A stretch of 64,000 nucleotides of DNA from an uncultured delta proteobacterium (GCA_963769935.1 CAVYNY010000028.1:1-64000), one strand, 5' to 3'. Shown: positions 39,571-50,391, counted from the stretch's first letter. Notes: generated by a model from the letters alone, not told the origin. Program-made: numbers and translations.

Positions 39571-40801
39571 TCTTTTCAAGATAGCGATAAGAAACCTGAG
39601 GCGCTACAGAAGAAGGACCATCCTGACCGCGTCACTCATTGCCATCGGCGTCATATTCGTGCTTGTCTTTGTCTCCGTATCAGGATCTTTCAAGAACATG
39701 ATCATCGGGCAGATAACGGGCTCCATGCTTGGAGATATGGAGATCCACCGGAAAGGTTATGTGGCCTCCATAGACAATCTGCCGTTGACCTTGATGATGA
39801 ACCCGCAACAGGCGAACAAAGCGGAAGAGGCTATCAAAGCGGTCCCGGAGATAGATGCCTTCTCCCCCCGGATAAAGTTTGGAGGGTTGTTCAGCAACTT
39901 TACCGAGACGACCAACATACGGCTCAACGGGGTCTATCCCGACATGGAGATGAAGACTCTGCCTCTTCTTACCTCAAGAATCATTGAGGGTGAAAAGATG
40001 ATTAAGAAAGGCGAGATCATTGTCCCGGAGCTCCTTGCGCGGGGCATGAAGGTCAATGTCGGTGATATGGTCGTTGTCATTGCGACGAATAAAGACGGCT
40101 CCGTGAACGGCAAGCAGCTCAAGGTCGGTGGGATCCTCGAAAGCGCAACCGGGCCTGGGGGACGGGACGGCTATGTACATATTGAAGACGCCATTGAAAT
40201 TCTGAGGATGGAGGAGCAAGAGATAAGTGAGATCGCGTTAAGGATACATGATTTTGACAAGCTCCGCAGCGTTGCCAATAGCCTGAACGGCGATCTGTCA
40301 AAATACGTGAACAAGCAGGGAAAACCGGTCTTTGAGGTGCACACCTGGGAGAAGCTTTCTCCTTTTTACAACATCGCGCGGATGATCGAATTGATGACAC
40401 TCTTCATAAAAGTTATGCTCATCGCCATTGTTCTGATCAGCATCATGAACGTTATGATCATGGCGGTTTACGAGCGCATAAGGGAGATCGGCACCATTGC
40501 CGCCATCGGAACCCTGCCCGGTAAGATCCTCTCCATGTTCGTGATTGAAGGGTTCTCCCTCGGCGTGCTCGGCGCCGTTGTCGGCAACGTCATTGGACTG
40601 GTGATTGTGCACATACTCGACCTTGCCAAGATAACCTTTGATTTCGGCAGACAAACCGGACTTGTGTTATCGCCAACCCTGCAGGTTTCAGATATCCTCG
40701 TTGTTTCGGTCATCGTCATTATCGTTGCCGTCCTGGGAAGCCTCCAGCCGGCGCTCAAGGCATCGAGAATGGAACCGATCACGGCTCTGAGACATGTGTA
40801 G
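39563..40801 (+). CDS. ABC permease, LolC/E-FtsX family
   Basis: AVYERIREIGTIAAIG, C-terminal PITALRHV. Confidence 0.92.
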   Translation: MYNLFKIAIRNLRRYRRRTILTASLIAIGVIFVLVFVSVSGSFKNMIIGQITGSMLGDMEIHRKGYVASIDNLPLTLMMNPQQANKAEEAIKAVPEIDAFSPRIKFGGLFSNFTETTNIRLNGVYPDMEMKTLPLLTSRIIEGEKMIKKGEIIVPELLARGMKVNVGDMVVVIATNKDGSVNGKQLKVGGILESATGPGGRDGYVHIEDAIEILRMEEQEISEIALRIHDFDKLRSVANSLNGDLSKYVNKQGKPVFEVHTWEKLSPFYNIARMIELMTLFIKVMLIAIVLISIMNVMIMAVYERIREIGTIAAIGTLPGKILSMFVIEGFSLGVLGAVVGNVIGLVIVHILDLAKITFDFGRQTGLVLSPTLQVSDILVVSVIVIIVAVLGSLQPALKASRMEPITALRHV

Positions 40802-40907
40802 TAGAGATTTTGAACAAATGGAGTCAGGCCGGGAGGCCTTCCGGAAACCCCCGGCAGCGGTGGAGACTTCTCGATGGGCGACCGCCTTTAAAGGCAGGAG
40901 ATTACAC

Positions 40908-41330
40908 ATGCGACATGCGGTGGGGATAACGGCAGTTTTGGTCCTGTCCGTCGGGTGCGGGAGCAACCCTCTTGTCAAATCGATCACGATAATTGCCGTC
41001 GCTTCCGATGGGAACAACGCCACCTCTTTCATCTGCAATGCCGCCGAACGAAGCCCCTATAACCTTGTCTTCGCCGATACCGGAGAACTGTTGGACGTGC
41101 TCGATAATCCTTACAGCGGCGAGCGAGGCGATGTCGTTCCGGCAGTGCTCGCCCTTCTGGCCCGAGACAGGGTTGACGCTATCGTGGCCGCACGGTTTAG
41201 CCCCGCAATGATTGCGTCGATGAAGGCCCGGGGCATCAGATACGTGCAGTTTGAAGGCGTTGCCAGGGACGCGGTGGACAGGATAGGAGCTCGACCCTCA
41301 AACATTACCAAGTGTAACGAAAGGAGATAA
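40908..41330 (+). CDS. putative lipoprotein with NifX/MTH1175-like domain
   Basis: MRHAVGITAVLVLSVG|C lipobox-like; IAVAS...NPY...VDAIVA...GIR pattern; start uncertain. Confidence 0.6.
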   Translation: MRHAVGITAVLVLSVGCGSNPLVKSITIIAVASDGNNATSFICNAAERSPYNLVFADTGELLDVLDNPYSGERGDVVPAVLALLARDRVDAIVAARFSPAMIASMKARGIRYVQFEGVARDAVDRIGARPSNITKCNERR

Positions 41331-41333
41331 TTG

Positions 41334-42074
41334 ATGAATAGACTCTTGGCTTTCCTGCTCGCATCGTGCATGCTATTCATGGCCCCTCCCCTCTATGCCG
41401 CAGAGGGCACGGAGCTTCTTCGGCAAATTGACAGGAACTTGTTTCCCGAATCATTCGATTCTTATCGCAAGATCATCAATATCGAGTCGAACGGCCGAAC
41501 AAAAGAGTACGTGTATTACACCGCCAAGAAAGGCAAAGACAAAATAGCCGGCCTTTTCCTGCTGCCGGCCAGCGATAGGGGTAGAAGCACGCTAAGACTC
41601 GGGGATAATATGTGGCTCTATGTCCCCAGTGTGGGCAAACCCATCCGCATCACGAGCCTGCAATCCGTGATAGGCGGTGTTTTCAACAACGCGGATATAC
41701 TGGCCCTTGATTACTCGGTGGAATATAACGTGGAGAAGCTTGAAGACCTGGGAAATGAATACCTTCTCTACTGCAAGGCCAAGACTAAAACCGTAGCCTA
41801 TGACAAGCTCAAGATATGGGTTGACAAGTCCAAATTCCTTCCGACAAAGATCGAGTGCCTCACCGAAGCGGAACTGCTCATCAAAACACTTTACTTCAAG
41901 GACATAAAGGACTTCGGGGCCGGCATTGTCAGGCCTTCGATCATCGAGACGGACAGTCCTCTCTACAAGGGATATAAATCCGTTATGATATTCGCAAAGA
42001 TCGTAAAAAGGGAGTTCCCGGACGAGGTCTTCACCCTCACCTTTATGCCGAACATGGAGTCTCTTTTGAAATGA
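41334..42074 (+). CDS. outer-membrane lipoprotein-sorting (LolA-like) protein
   Basis: Signal peptide; FLLPASDRG, MWLYVP, YDKLKIWVD, LIKTL. Confidence 0.85.
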   Translation: MNRLLAFLLASCMLFMAPPLYAAEGTELLRQIDRNLFPESFDSYRKIINIESNGRTKEYVYYTAKKGKDKIAGLFLLPASDRGRSTLRLGDNMWLYVPSVGKPIRITSLQSVIGGVFNNADILALDYSVEYNVEKLEDLGNEYLLYCKAKTKTVAYDKLKIWVDKSKFLPTKIECLTEAELLIKTLYFKDIKDFGAGIVRPSIIETDSPLYKGYKSVMIFAKIVKREFPDEVFTLTFMPNMESLLK

Positions 42075-43447
42075 AACGGCTCTTTCCGGTCTTGCTTCTT
42101 TTCTGCCTTTTGGTGAGAGTGGCTGAGGCAGCGGAAGAATACACTTTCAGCCTTTCGGAGATCGAAAAAAAACCATACCATGTTGGAGGCTATCTTGAAT
42201 TTCGGCCCGTTCTGTTCGGTGTGGACAAAAACGCTTCTTTATCCAAACTTAACCTCTTTGACAAAAATGTGGGGAACCCCTTCTTGGAATATAACGGGAG
42301 ACTCTGGATCGATGCAAATATCCAGAAAGGAATGGCCGGCTTTTATCTCCAGCTGAACACCGACTACCAGCAGTCCGATGTCGTTCCTGCAACCGCTGAG
42401 ATTACACCTTACCAGGCCTACCTTTCCCTCAAGCCGTCATCGTCGTTGACAATGGACATGGGGAAGAAAACTTCAAAGTGGGGTAAGGGCTACGCATGGA
42501 ATCCGGCGGCCTTTGTGGATAGACCCAAGGATCCGGACGACCCGGAGCTTGCCCTCCAAGGCTATGTGATCGCCTCGGCCGATTACATCAGGAGCTTTGC
42601 ATCGGGACCGCTCAAGACGTTCTCTTTTACGCCTGTCATATTGCCCGCATACGGGGACATCGATGACAACCTTATTTCTTTGAACCATAAAAACCCCAGA
42701 ATTGAAGCCGTATTGCCCGTGTACGGGGCCGTCAATGCCGACTTTGGAGAAACCGATCATCTCAATTTTGCCGCCAAGGCCTATTTCCTGCTCTACGATA
42801 CGGATATTGATTTCATGTTTCTTTCCGGAGGAAGCAAATCGCCTCGGTACGGTTTGGATTTCTCGAGAAACATCGGAACGAACCTCGAAGTGCATGGGGA
42901 ATTCGCCTTCATCAGCGACTTCCAAAAGATGCTGATCGATGCGAACGGGAACACGTTCCAGAAGACCTATAACGCGGTGAATTACGTTCTGGGGACACGG
43001 TACCTGAGCACCCTCAACACTACTTACATCTTCGAGTATTATTTCCAGGATACGGGTTATTCAAGTGGGGAGATGTCCGATTATTTTAAATTTATCGATG
43101 AGGGCTACGATATCTTTGTTTCGAGCGGGGATAGAAGGCCTCTATCCAAGGCAGCCGCCGTGACCCAGCAGGGCGGCTATGGGAGGTTCACGCCTGAAAG
43201 ACACTATCTCTATCTCAGGGCCAGTCAATCGGAACCCTTTGATATCCTCTATTTTACTCCTGCGCTCACTTGGATCTACAACCTAAGTGATAGGAGCTTC
43301 TCCCTCACGCCGGAGTTGCTGTACTCGCCGATCACAAACTTGGAGCTGCGGCTTAAAACGGGTTTTCTTGTGGGAACCAAAGACAGTGAATTTGGAGAGA
43401 AACAGAATGACTACCGGATAGAGCTCAGAGTCAGGTACTATTTTTAG
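42071..43447 (+). CDS. putative outer-membrane beta-barrel protein
   Basis: Signal peptide, GKKTSKWGKG...NP motif, C-terminal LRVRYYF beta-signal. Confidence 0.75.
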   Translation: MKRLFPVLLLFCLLVRVAEAAEEYTFSLSEIEKKPYHVGGYLEFRPVLFGVDKNASLSKLNLFDKNVGNPFLEYNGRLWIDANIQKGMAGFYLQLNTDYQQSDVVPATAEITPYQAYLSLKPSSSLTMDMGKKTSKWGKGYAWNPAAFVDRPKDPDDPELALQGYVIASADYIRSFASGPLKTFSFTPVILPAYGDIDDNLISLNHKNPRIEAVLPVYGAVNADFGETDHLNFAAKAYFLLYDTDIDFMFLSGGSKSPRYGLDFSRNIGTNLEVHGEFAFISDFQKMLIDANGNTFQKTYNAVNYVLGTRYLSTLNTTYIFEYYFQDTGYSSGEMSDYFKFIDEGYDIFVSSGDRRPLSKAAAVTQQGGYGRFTPERHYLYLRASQSEPFDILYFTPALTWIYNLSDRSFSLTPELLYSPITNLELRLKTGFLVGTKDSEFGEKQNDYRIELRVRYYF

Positions 43448-43473
43448 CAAAACCAATCAGGTTCTCTACTACC

Positions 43474-44613
43474 CTATAATAGAGCTCTCGCCAACCCCAT
43501 GCAGGCGCCACCAAGCACGAGCCACGTGGAGTTCACCTTGAACCGGAACAGAAGCAACGCAGAAACAAGAGCCATTGCAGCCGCGACAGGATCAATGATG
43601 GAAGATCTGGCCAGTTGCCAGGTCACGGCGGCCATCAAAGCGAGCGAAGCCACATTCACGCCGTCCAGCAGGCCGCTCACCCACTCCGACTTCCGCATGC
43701 GAGGAATCAGCGGATTGGAAATGGCGACAAAAATGAACGAGGGAAGAAAGATGCCAAGAGTCGCCAGAAGCGCCCCCGGTATGCCGCCAAGGATATAACC
43801 GATGAATGTGGCCGTTGTGAATACCGGTCCAGGCGTTACCTGTCCAATGGCGATGGCATCCATCAACTGCTGGTCGGTGAGCCAGCCGAAGCGTACAACC
43901 AAATCGGCCTGGAGGAAAGCCAGCAAAACGTATCCGCTTCCATACAGGACCGAGCCGATCTTGAGAAAAGTAAAAAATAACTTAGGAAGACTAAAGTTAA
44001 CGGCAACCTGCGACCCCATGCCGACCCCACTAATTGGAATAATAAAGGCTCCCAATCCCTGTCTTCTTAAGCGCTTATAGTTCAGGGCTATCATCACTAT
44101 CAATCCACCTGCTGAGAGCAGGATGATTTCATTGATGCCTACAAAATACAGGAGGATAACAATGACCGCGACCGCCGCAGTCAGCGGACCTTTGACAGCT
44201 TTCCGCCCCAAGCTTAAAAGGGCTTGTACGATAATTGCAATGACCACCGGCTTTATCCCGTACAGCAACCACTCGGCTTGCGGTGTGGCGCCAAAGCGTG
44301 CATACACCCATGCCAGCAGCAGAACGATAAACATGGCCGGTACGATGAAACATATTCCACCGATAATCAGCCCAAGCCATCGGGCTCGCAAAAAGCCGAT
44401 ATGAATTGCCATTTCGGTGGAATTCGGCCCGGGGATAAGATTGGTAGCGCCGACCAAATCAAGAAATTCTTGCTCTCCTAACCATTTGCGGCGTTTCACG
44501 GTTTCATCGTGCATCATGGCAATATGGGCTGCGGGACCTCCAAAGGCAGTCACACCCAGCTTAAGGAATAATCTGAGGACTTCGGCTAAATTTCGTGAAT
44601 ACGATGGAATCAC
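43474..44613 (-). CDS. chrA: chromate efflux transporter
   Basis: LGVTAFGGPAAHI, IPGPNS, LYGSGY, VTPGP; start set at GTG 44613 after AGAGGA. Confidence 0.93.
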   Translation of the reverse strand: MIPSYSRNLAEVLRLFLKLGVTAFGGPAAHIAMMHDETVKRRKWLGEQEFLDLVGATNLIPGPNSTEMAIHIGFLRARWLGLIIGGICFIVPAMFIVLLLAWVYARFGATPQAEWLLYGIKPVVIAIIVQALLSLGRKAVKGPLTAAVAVIVILLYFVGINEIILLSAGGLIVMIALNYKRLRRQGLGAFIIPISGVGMGSQVAVNFSLPKLFFTFLKIGSVLYGSGYVLLAFLQADLVVRFGWLTDQQLMDAIAIGQVTPGPVFTTATFIGYILGGIPGALLATLGIFLPSFIFVAISNPLIPRMRKSEWVSGLLDGVNVASLALMAAVTWQLARSSIIDPVAAAMALVSALLLFRFKVNSTWLVLGGACMGLARALL

Positions 44614-44614
44614 T

Positions 44615-44889
44615 TTACGTCCTCTTTGCCCGCGCTGGGGATCGGCGTTGAGTTTTAAAAGTCCCAAGCGCAATTGGACGAAAGCCCAATGACATCGAAC
44701 CATTTGCATGGCGTAATGTCACACCTTGTGTAAGACTCACCAAGCAGAGCTTGCCGCCAGGTATGAGTACCCGTCGAGCCTCGGAGATTGCCTCCCGCAT
44801 GTCTGTCTCCGGCAGGAGGTCAAGCACGTAAGTGGAGACGACGCGATCGACTGAATGATCGGGTAGCGGAAAATGCATGGAACCTTCTG
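44615..44889 (-). pseudogene. 5'-truncated class I SAM methyltransferase fragment
   Basis: PLPDHSVDRVVSTYVLDLL...EARRVLIPGGKL; motif I (GxG) region absent. Confidence 0.75.
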
Positions 44890-45111
44890 ATTGAGATACC
44901 TTAGAGAATTAGCCCTCAATCTTCATTGTCAAGCCTGCCATAGTTCCTAATATTCTGGACTACATAATTATATGAATTCAACTGTTAAATCCAAATCTTC
45001 GAGACGTGGCATTAAAGGATAATTATCCTACTTCTTAAATTCTGAATTCAATATACTCTGTCATCAGTCTTATATCTCACGCCCCCTAGTCTATGAACTT
45101 TGACCTATCAG

Positions 45112-45981
45112 CTATGAGCTCTTTTTCTGTCCTCTGCCTTCTGTCATCTTGTATTTCTCAGCCAGTTCCTCATAATATTTGGCTTCCTCCTCCCGCCCCC
45201 TCTTCCGGCAGCCGGCGGCGTAAACGGCGCATTTTTCCCGCAGGGTTCGGGCGGCCGCGCGGTGCTGCGACTCGGAAAGCCGTCCGTGGTCAATGATTTT
45301 CTTCAGCGATTGTATCCGGTATTTATCAAGCCCGGCCGCCTTCGAAAGCTGGTCTTCGTGCCCGCCCCGCTTTACGGTGAGAGGATCGTCAAGGAGATGG
45401 ACCGGATACCGGCAGCTGACGCGAAGCCACAAATCATAATCTTCGCAGGCCGGCAGGCGCTCGTCGAACAGGCCCACGGTGTCAAACAGCTTTTTTCTGA
45501 TCATGACCGCCGAAGGGCTGACCAGGCACAGGGCAAGCGAAGGCTCAAAAATCATGCCTGAAAATTTATGGTGCCGCTTTTTGGGGTTCACCCGGACCCC
45601 GCTGCGAATCCAGATTTCCTCCGTCTGGCAGATGAGGGCCTCCGGGTTGGCGTTAAAAAATTCGACCTGGCGGGACAATTTTTGCGGCTGCCAGAGGTCG
45701 TCCGAATCCAAAAAAGCAATCAAGGGTGCGCAGGCCTCGGCGATGCCCCGGTTGCGTGCGGCGCTGACACCCCGGTTGTCTTGCGATAAAACGATGATGT
45801 CGTTGTGATAGGCCTCAAGAATCTCCCGGGTATTGTCCGTGGAGCCGTCATCCACCACAATCAGTTCAAAGTCGTCAAAGTCCTGGGCCAGAACGGAAGC
45901 GACGGCCTCTCCGAGAATCCACCCGCGGTTGTATGCGGGGATGATGACGGATACTTTGGGGTTTCCGGTTCTTGTTTTCAT
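45112..45981 (-). CDS. glycosyltransferase family 2
   Basis: VSVIIPAYN, VDDGSTD, FLDSDD, EDYDLWLR; start set at ATG 45981. Confidence 0.95.
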   Translation of the reverse strand: MKTRTGNPKVSVIIPAYNRGWILGEAVASVLAQDFDDFELIVVDDGSTDNTREILEAYHNDIIVLSQDNRGVSAARNRGIAEACAPLIAFLDSDDLWQPQKLSRQVEFFNANPEALICQTEEIWIRSGVRVNPKKRHHKFSGMIFEPSLALCLVSPSAVMIRKKLFDTVGLFDERLPACEDYDLWLRVSCRYPVHLLDDPLTVKRGGHEDQLSKAAGLDKYRIQSLKKIIDHGRLSESQHRAAARTLREKCAVYAAGCRKRGREEEAKYYEELAEKYKMTEGRGQKKSS

Positions 45982-46296
45982 AGCATATAAGCAGGAGAAC
46001 AGAGGCCAAAAGCCGGGAAGTTGAGAAGTTGAGAAGTAGGGAAGTTGGGAGGCTGCGAGCCTAATCCTCGAAGCCTTGTCAGGCATTCCGCGCCGTGCGC
46101 CGGCCATCTTTTTCCTTTATCCTTACAACTATCAACTATCAGCTATGAACTATCAACCGGCGCAACAGCGTCTTCCTGGCGCGATTTCCTTTAACCTTTG
46201 TCCTTTTGCCTTTTGCCTTTCACCTTAAACCATCTAGCGTTGGTAATTTACCCGTTGATATCAACCAATTCGCAATCCCCAATCGCAAATCCGAAA

Positions 46297-49200
46297 TCAG
46301 ACCATCCTTTCAATCTGCTTCAGTTTATCCTGCAACCGCTTGGCGGATATCGGAACGGCGGTCTTCAGCTCCTGGGCGAATACGGACACCTTGTATTCCT
46401 CCAGCAGCCAGAAGTAGTCTTCTACGGCCCGGCGCTTTTCGGCGGTGGCGTTCGGGGTAAGCTCTTTTAGCAGCCGGTTCAATCCATCGGCGAACTTTTG
46501 GATTTCATTGACTTTGGCCTGGTCCTTTTCAAAATCCACCAGAGCGCGCTGGACCCGGATCATTATGGCTTTGACATATCTCTCAAGATGATTGAAGCGG
46601 TCTGCATCATAAAGTTCCACAAAATTTTCCGGAACCAGACGGACCAATTCGTCAACCGCCTCCGCCAAAAAAATTTGAGCCCTTGAATTATTGCGAAGGC
46701 TGCGCTGGAAATCATGAATCCGGCTTCGGGCACTGCGATAGGCGGATAAGACCGGCACTGTGCCGGCGAGCAAGTCTGTGCCGCTTGAGAGAATCTTCGG
46801 GCCGGCTGCTTCCGCCAGGGCGTAAAAGGCATTTTGCGTCCTTATGTTTTGGCGGAACATGCTTCGGATTAATTGCCGGTAAACCATCTTTTCAAATTTC
46901 CCGGCCCCGCCGAAAAAATCCGCCGGAAGGGATAGGTCGGCCGGCAATTTCAGCTGTCGCTTTAAAAATTTCAGGTCCTTTGAAAAATGAATCGTAAAAA
47001 GGGTCTCCACTCCCTCCGGGTGGGCCGCCAGGGCTTTTTCACGCTGCCGGAAAAGACGCAGGTTAACCCGGTTGGGCAGCGCCGGGTCCTTTTCCAGGGC
47101 CGGATAGCCGATCAATTGGGTCCCCTGTTGGCCGGTTTCGCCGATAAAATCGGGCAAGTCCCCAAAATCCCAGCGACTGACGTCAAATTTTTCCCATTTC
47201 CTGCTCAGCGCTGCAAATTCGTCGGATGCCGCCGGTTCTTCCACCGCATGGTACAAAATGGCCGAATCTCTACCGGCACGCACTTCCCGGCCGTCCGGTG
47301 CGGTGATCGAAATTCGCATCCTTAGATAATCAGGCAGGGATTGAACGGACCAGGCGGCAGCCGGGATATCGACGCCGAAGCGTTGATAAATGAAGTTCCC
47401 CAGAGAAGACATCAGCGAGGTTTCCGCCGGCGGCATTTCCCGGCAAATGATTTCGACCGTGTCTTTGACCGGTACCAGTTTTTTGCGATAGGTTTTGGGC
47501 AGCCCTTTTATTAAGGCTTCGATTTTTTCCGGATAAAGTCCGGGCACCAGCCAGTCCATGGCCTCCGGCGGCACGGAAGCGGCCAGGGTCGATGGAATCT
47601 TGACGGTAACGCCGTCGTCCGGGGCTCCCGGTTCAAAGGCATAAGCGCACTGGACCGCATGGCCTGCCAGATCAAGTTTATTCGGGAATTGCGCCAGTTC
47701 CGAAGCCGTGGGATCGTAATGGACCAGATCCTCCCTCTTCAGCCGCAAAAATTGATCATTGCCTTTTTGCTTTAAAAATTTTGCCAGCGTCCGAATATCA
47801 TAAATGTCCGGCAGTCTCTCCCGGTAATAATTGAACAATTCCGCTTCGCTGACCAGCAGGTCCCTGCGGCGCAAACGATTCTCAATATCTTTGATCCCAT
47901 CAATAAGCTCCTGGTTGTGTTTCATGAAGGCATAAGGCTTCTTGACATCGCCGTTTATCAGGGCGCTCCGAATAAAAATACCGGAAGCTTCGGCGGCGTT
48001 CACTGGGCCGTATGGCGCTTTTCTTTCCGGAACAATGATCAACCCGAAAAGGGATACCTGCTCCGAAGCCACCACCTCACCACGGTCTTTCTCCCAATGG
48101 GGATCGAGGTAGGTGTGTTTGCACAGGTCTTTACCCAGATCTTCCAGCCAGGAGCTGTCGATATTGGCCACCGTGCGGGCAAAAACCCTGGAGGTCTCAA
48201 CCACTTCCGCGGCCACAATCCAGTTCCCGGCTTTGTCGAATAACCCGGATCCGGGAAAGATCATCACCTCCCTGCCCCGCGCGGCTCGAAAAATATTTTT
48301 TTCCTTTTTGTGGGCAATGTTGGAAAGAAATCCACTCAGGACCGATTTATGGAGCGCCGCATATCTATCATCTGGAATTCCATCCTCCAATTTCCCGCTC
48401 CCGGCCTCCGGCTTCCGCATACCGCCTTTCGCATTCCATAATCCCTGCTCGGCCAGAACAGCCATTATTTGACTATGGATGTCTCTCCATTCCCGCATGC
48501 GTTTAAAGGATAGAAAGTGCTCCCGGCAGTAGCGCTTCATCTGGTTGCTGCTGTTAACTTTCTGCCAATGGGCATGATATCGATGCCAAAGGTTAAGCAG
48601 CGTCACGAAATCCGAACCCGGAACATCAAAGGTTTTATGCATCCGATCGGCTTCGCGGGTTTTTTCGGCCGGACGCTCTCTGGGGTCCTGAATGCTGAGG
48701 GCGGCGGCGATAATTGCAATCTCCGGAACGCAGCCCTCCTTTACGGCCTCAAGCAGCATGCGTGACAGCCGGGGATCCAGGGGAATCCCGGCCATCATCT
48801 GGCCCTTTTCCGTCAAAACAACCCGGTGACTATATTTTATCCCGGCCGCCGCTTCAGGTCCGGTTCCCGGCGCGCTTTGTTCTATGCGCTCTGCCCTTTG
48901 CGCTTGGCCCTCTGCCGGTTGCCTTGCGCCGTGCGCCTTGAGCCGATGCGTTATGGCTCCCAGTTCAAACAGCAGGTTAAACCCATCCTGGATGCTTTTT
49001 AAATCCGGGCGATCGATGAAGGGAAACTCGGCGATATCCCCGAGTCCCAAAGCAATCATCCGCAAAATAACTTCAGCTAAATTGGCCCGAATAATTTCCG
49101 GTTCTGTAAACTGGGGACGGGCAAGATAATCGTCTTCCGAAAATAGGCGCATGCACACGCCGTTTGCTACCCGGCCGCAGCGGCCCTTGCGCTGGTCGGC

Positions 49201-50391
49201 GCTGCTTTGTGAAACCGGCAATACCGGCAAAGACGTGGTGCGGGAACGCGGCGAATAGCGGGCGATTCTGGCCAGGCCCGAGTCGATGACATATTTAATC
49301 CCGGGGATGGTGATGGAGGTTTCCGCAACATTGGTGGCCACGATGATCTTGCGGTCCGGCAGACGGGCAAATACTCTGTTTTGCTCGTCGGCGGTCAACC
49401 TGGCAAACAACGGCAGCACCCGGATTCCGGCCGGCCGGCCGGCCTGAATTAATTCGCAGGTTTCGCGAATATCCTGTTCGCTGGGCATAAACACCAGGAT
49501 ATCCCCCCCGCGTGTCTGTTTCAAAAGCCTGAGGACAGCCGCCGCCGCCAGTTCAACATGGGTCTGTTCACCGTTGTCCTCCCGGTCAGTATCAGCAGAT
49601 AGATATTTAACTTCGACGGGATACATCCGCCCGGAAACTTCGATGACCGGGGCACCATCAAATACTTTAGAAAATTTTTCCGTGTCGATGGTGGCCGAGG
49701 TGATGATCAGTTTAAGGTCGGATCTTTTTTTCAGCAGGGTCTGTAAGATCCCCAGAATAAAGTCGATGTTCAGACTGCGTTCATGGGCTTCATCGACGAT
49801 GATCGTGTCGTAGGCGCTCAAAGAGTGATCGCTGTGGGTTTCCGCCAGCAGGATGCCGTCGGTCATAAACTTTATGTAACCATCTTTATCAGTTCGATCC
49901 TTGAACCGGATTTTATAACCAACCGCCTTGCCCGGCTCCTGCCCGAGTTCTTCGGCAACCCGGCGGGCAACGGTTGTCGCAGCGATCCGACGCGGCTGCG
50001 TACAGCCGATGACGCCGTCAATTCCCCGGCCGGCAGCCAGGCAGAATTTCGGCAATTGGGTCGACTTGCCGGAACCGGTCTCGCCGGACACAATGACCAC
50101 CTGATGGTCGGCGATGGCCTTGATGATCTCGTCCTTTTTGGCAAATATCGGCAACTCTTCATTGAACCGCAATTCGGGCAAATTTTCCCGGCGCCGGTTT
50201 CTTTTCTGCACGGATGCCAACAGGCGATTTTGCAGCCGATCGAATCTTTGCTCGAAATTTTGTTTTGATTCGGACTTTTTACTAGACTGCCGGAATCGCC
50301 TGATTTCACGATACGCCGCCAACCGATCGACCGCCATGGCCCCGGGCAAAAGGGATTCAATTTTTTTTATAAGATTTTTCTTAATTGCCAT
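46297..50391 (-). CDS. hrpA: ATP-dependent RNA helicase HrpA
   Basis: GETGSGKST, TQPRRIAA, DEAH, SAT, QRKGRCGR, C-terminal EEYKVSVFAQEL. Confidence 0.96.
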   Translation of the reverse strand: MAIKKNLIKKIESLLPGAMAVDRLAAYREIRRFRQSSKKSESKQNFEQRFDRLQNRLLASVQKRNRRRENLPELRFNEELPIFAKKDEIIKAIADHQVVIVSGETGSGKSTQLPKFCLAAGRGIDGVIGCTQPRRIAATTVARRVAEELGQEPGKAVGYKIRFKDRTDKDGYIKFMTDGILLAETHSDHSLSAYDTIIVDEAHERSLNIDFILGILQTLLKKRSDLKLIITSATIDTEKFSKVFDGAPVIEVSGRMYPVEVKYLSADTDREDNGEQTHVELAAAAVLRLLKQTRGGDILVFMPSEQDIRETCELIQAGRPAGIRVLPLFARLTADEQNRVFARLPDRKIIVATNVAETSITIPGIKYVIDSGLARIARYSPRSRTTSLPVLPVSQSSADQRKGRCGRVANGVCMRLFSEDDYLARPQFTEPEIIRANLAEVILRMIALGLGDIAEFPFIDRPDLKSIQDGFNLLFELGAITHRLKAHGARQPAEGQAQRAERIEQSAPGTGPEAAAGIKYSHRVVLTEKGQMMAGIPLDPRLSRMLLEAVKEGCVPEIAIIAAALSIQDPRERPAEKTREADRMHKTFDVPGSDFVTLLNLWHRYHAHWQKVNSSNQMKRYCREHFLSFKRMREWRDIHSQIMAVLAEQGLWNAKGGMRKPEAGSGKLEDGIPDDRYAALHKSVLSGFLSNIAHKKEKNIFRAARGREVMIFPGSGLFDKAGNWIVAAEVVETSRVFARTVANIDSSWLEDLGKDLCKHTYLDPHWEKDRGEVVASEQVSLFGLIIVPERKAPYGPVNAAEASGIFIRSALINGDVKKPYAFMKHNQELIDGIKDIENRLRRRDLLVSEAELFNYYRERLPDIYDIRTLAKFLKQKGNDQFLRLKREDLVHYDPTASELAQFPNKLDLAGHAVQCAYAFEPGAPDDGVTVKIPSTLAASVPPEAMDWLVPGLYPEKIEALIKGLPKTYRKKLVPVKDTVEIICREMPPAETSLMSSLGNFIYQRFGVDIPAAAWSVQSLPDYLRMRISITAPDGREVRAGRDSAILYHAVEEPAASDEFAALSRKWEKFDVSRWDFGDLPDFIGETGQQGTQLIGYPALEKDPALPNRVNLRLFRQREKALAAHPEGVETLFTIHFSKDLKFLKRQLKLPADLSLPADFFGGAGKFEKMVYRQLIRSMFRQNIRTQNAFYALAEAAGPKILSSGTDLLAGTVPVLSAYRSARSRIHDFQRSLRNNSRAQIFLAEAVDELVRLVPENFVELYDADRFNHLERYVKAIMIRVQRALVDFEKDQAKVNEIQKFADGLNRLLKELTPNATAEKRRAVEDYFWLLEEYKVSVFAQELKTAVPISAKRLQDKLKQIERMV

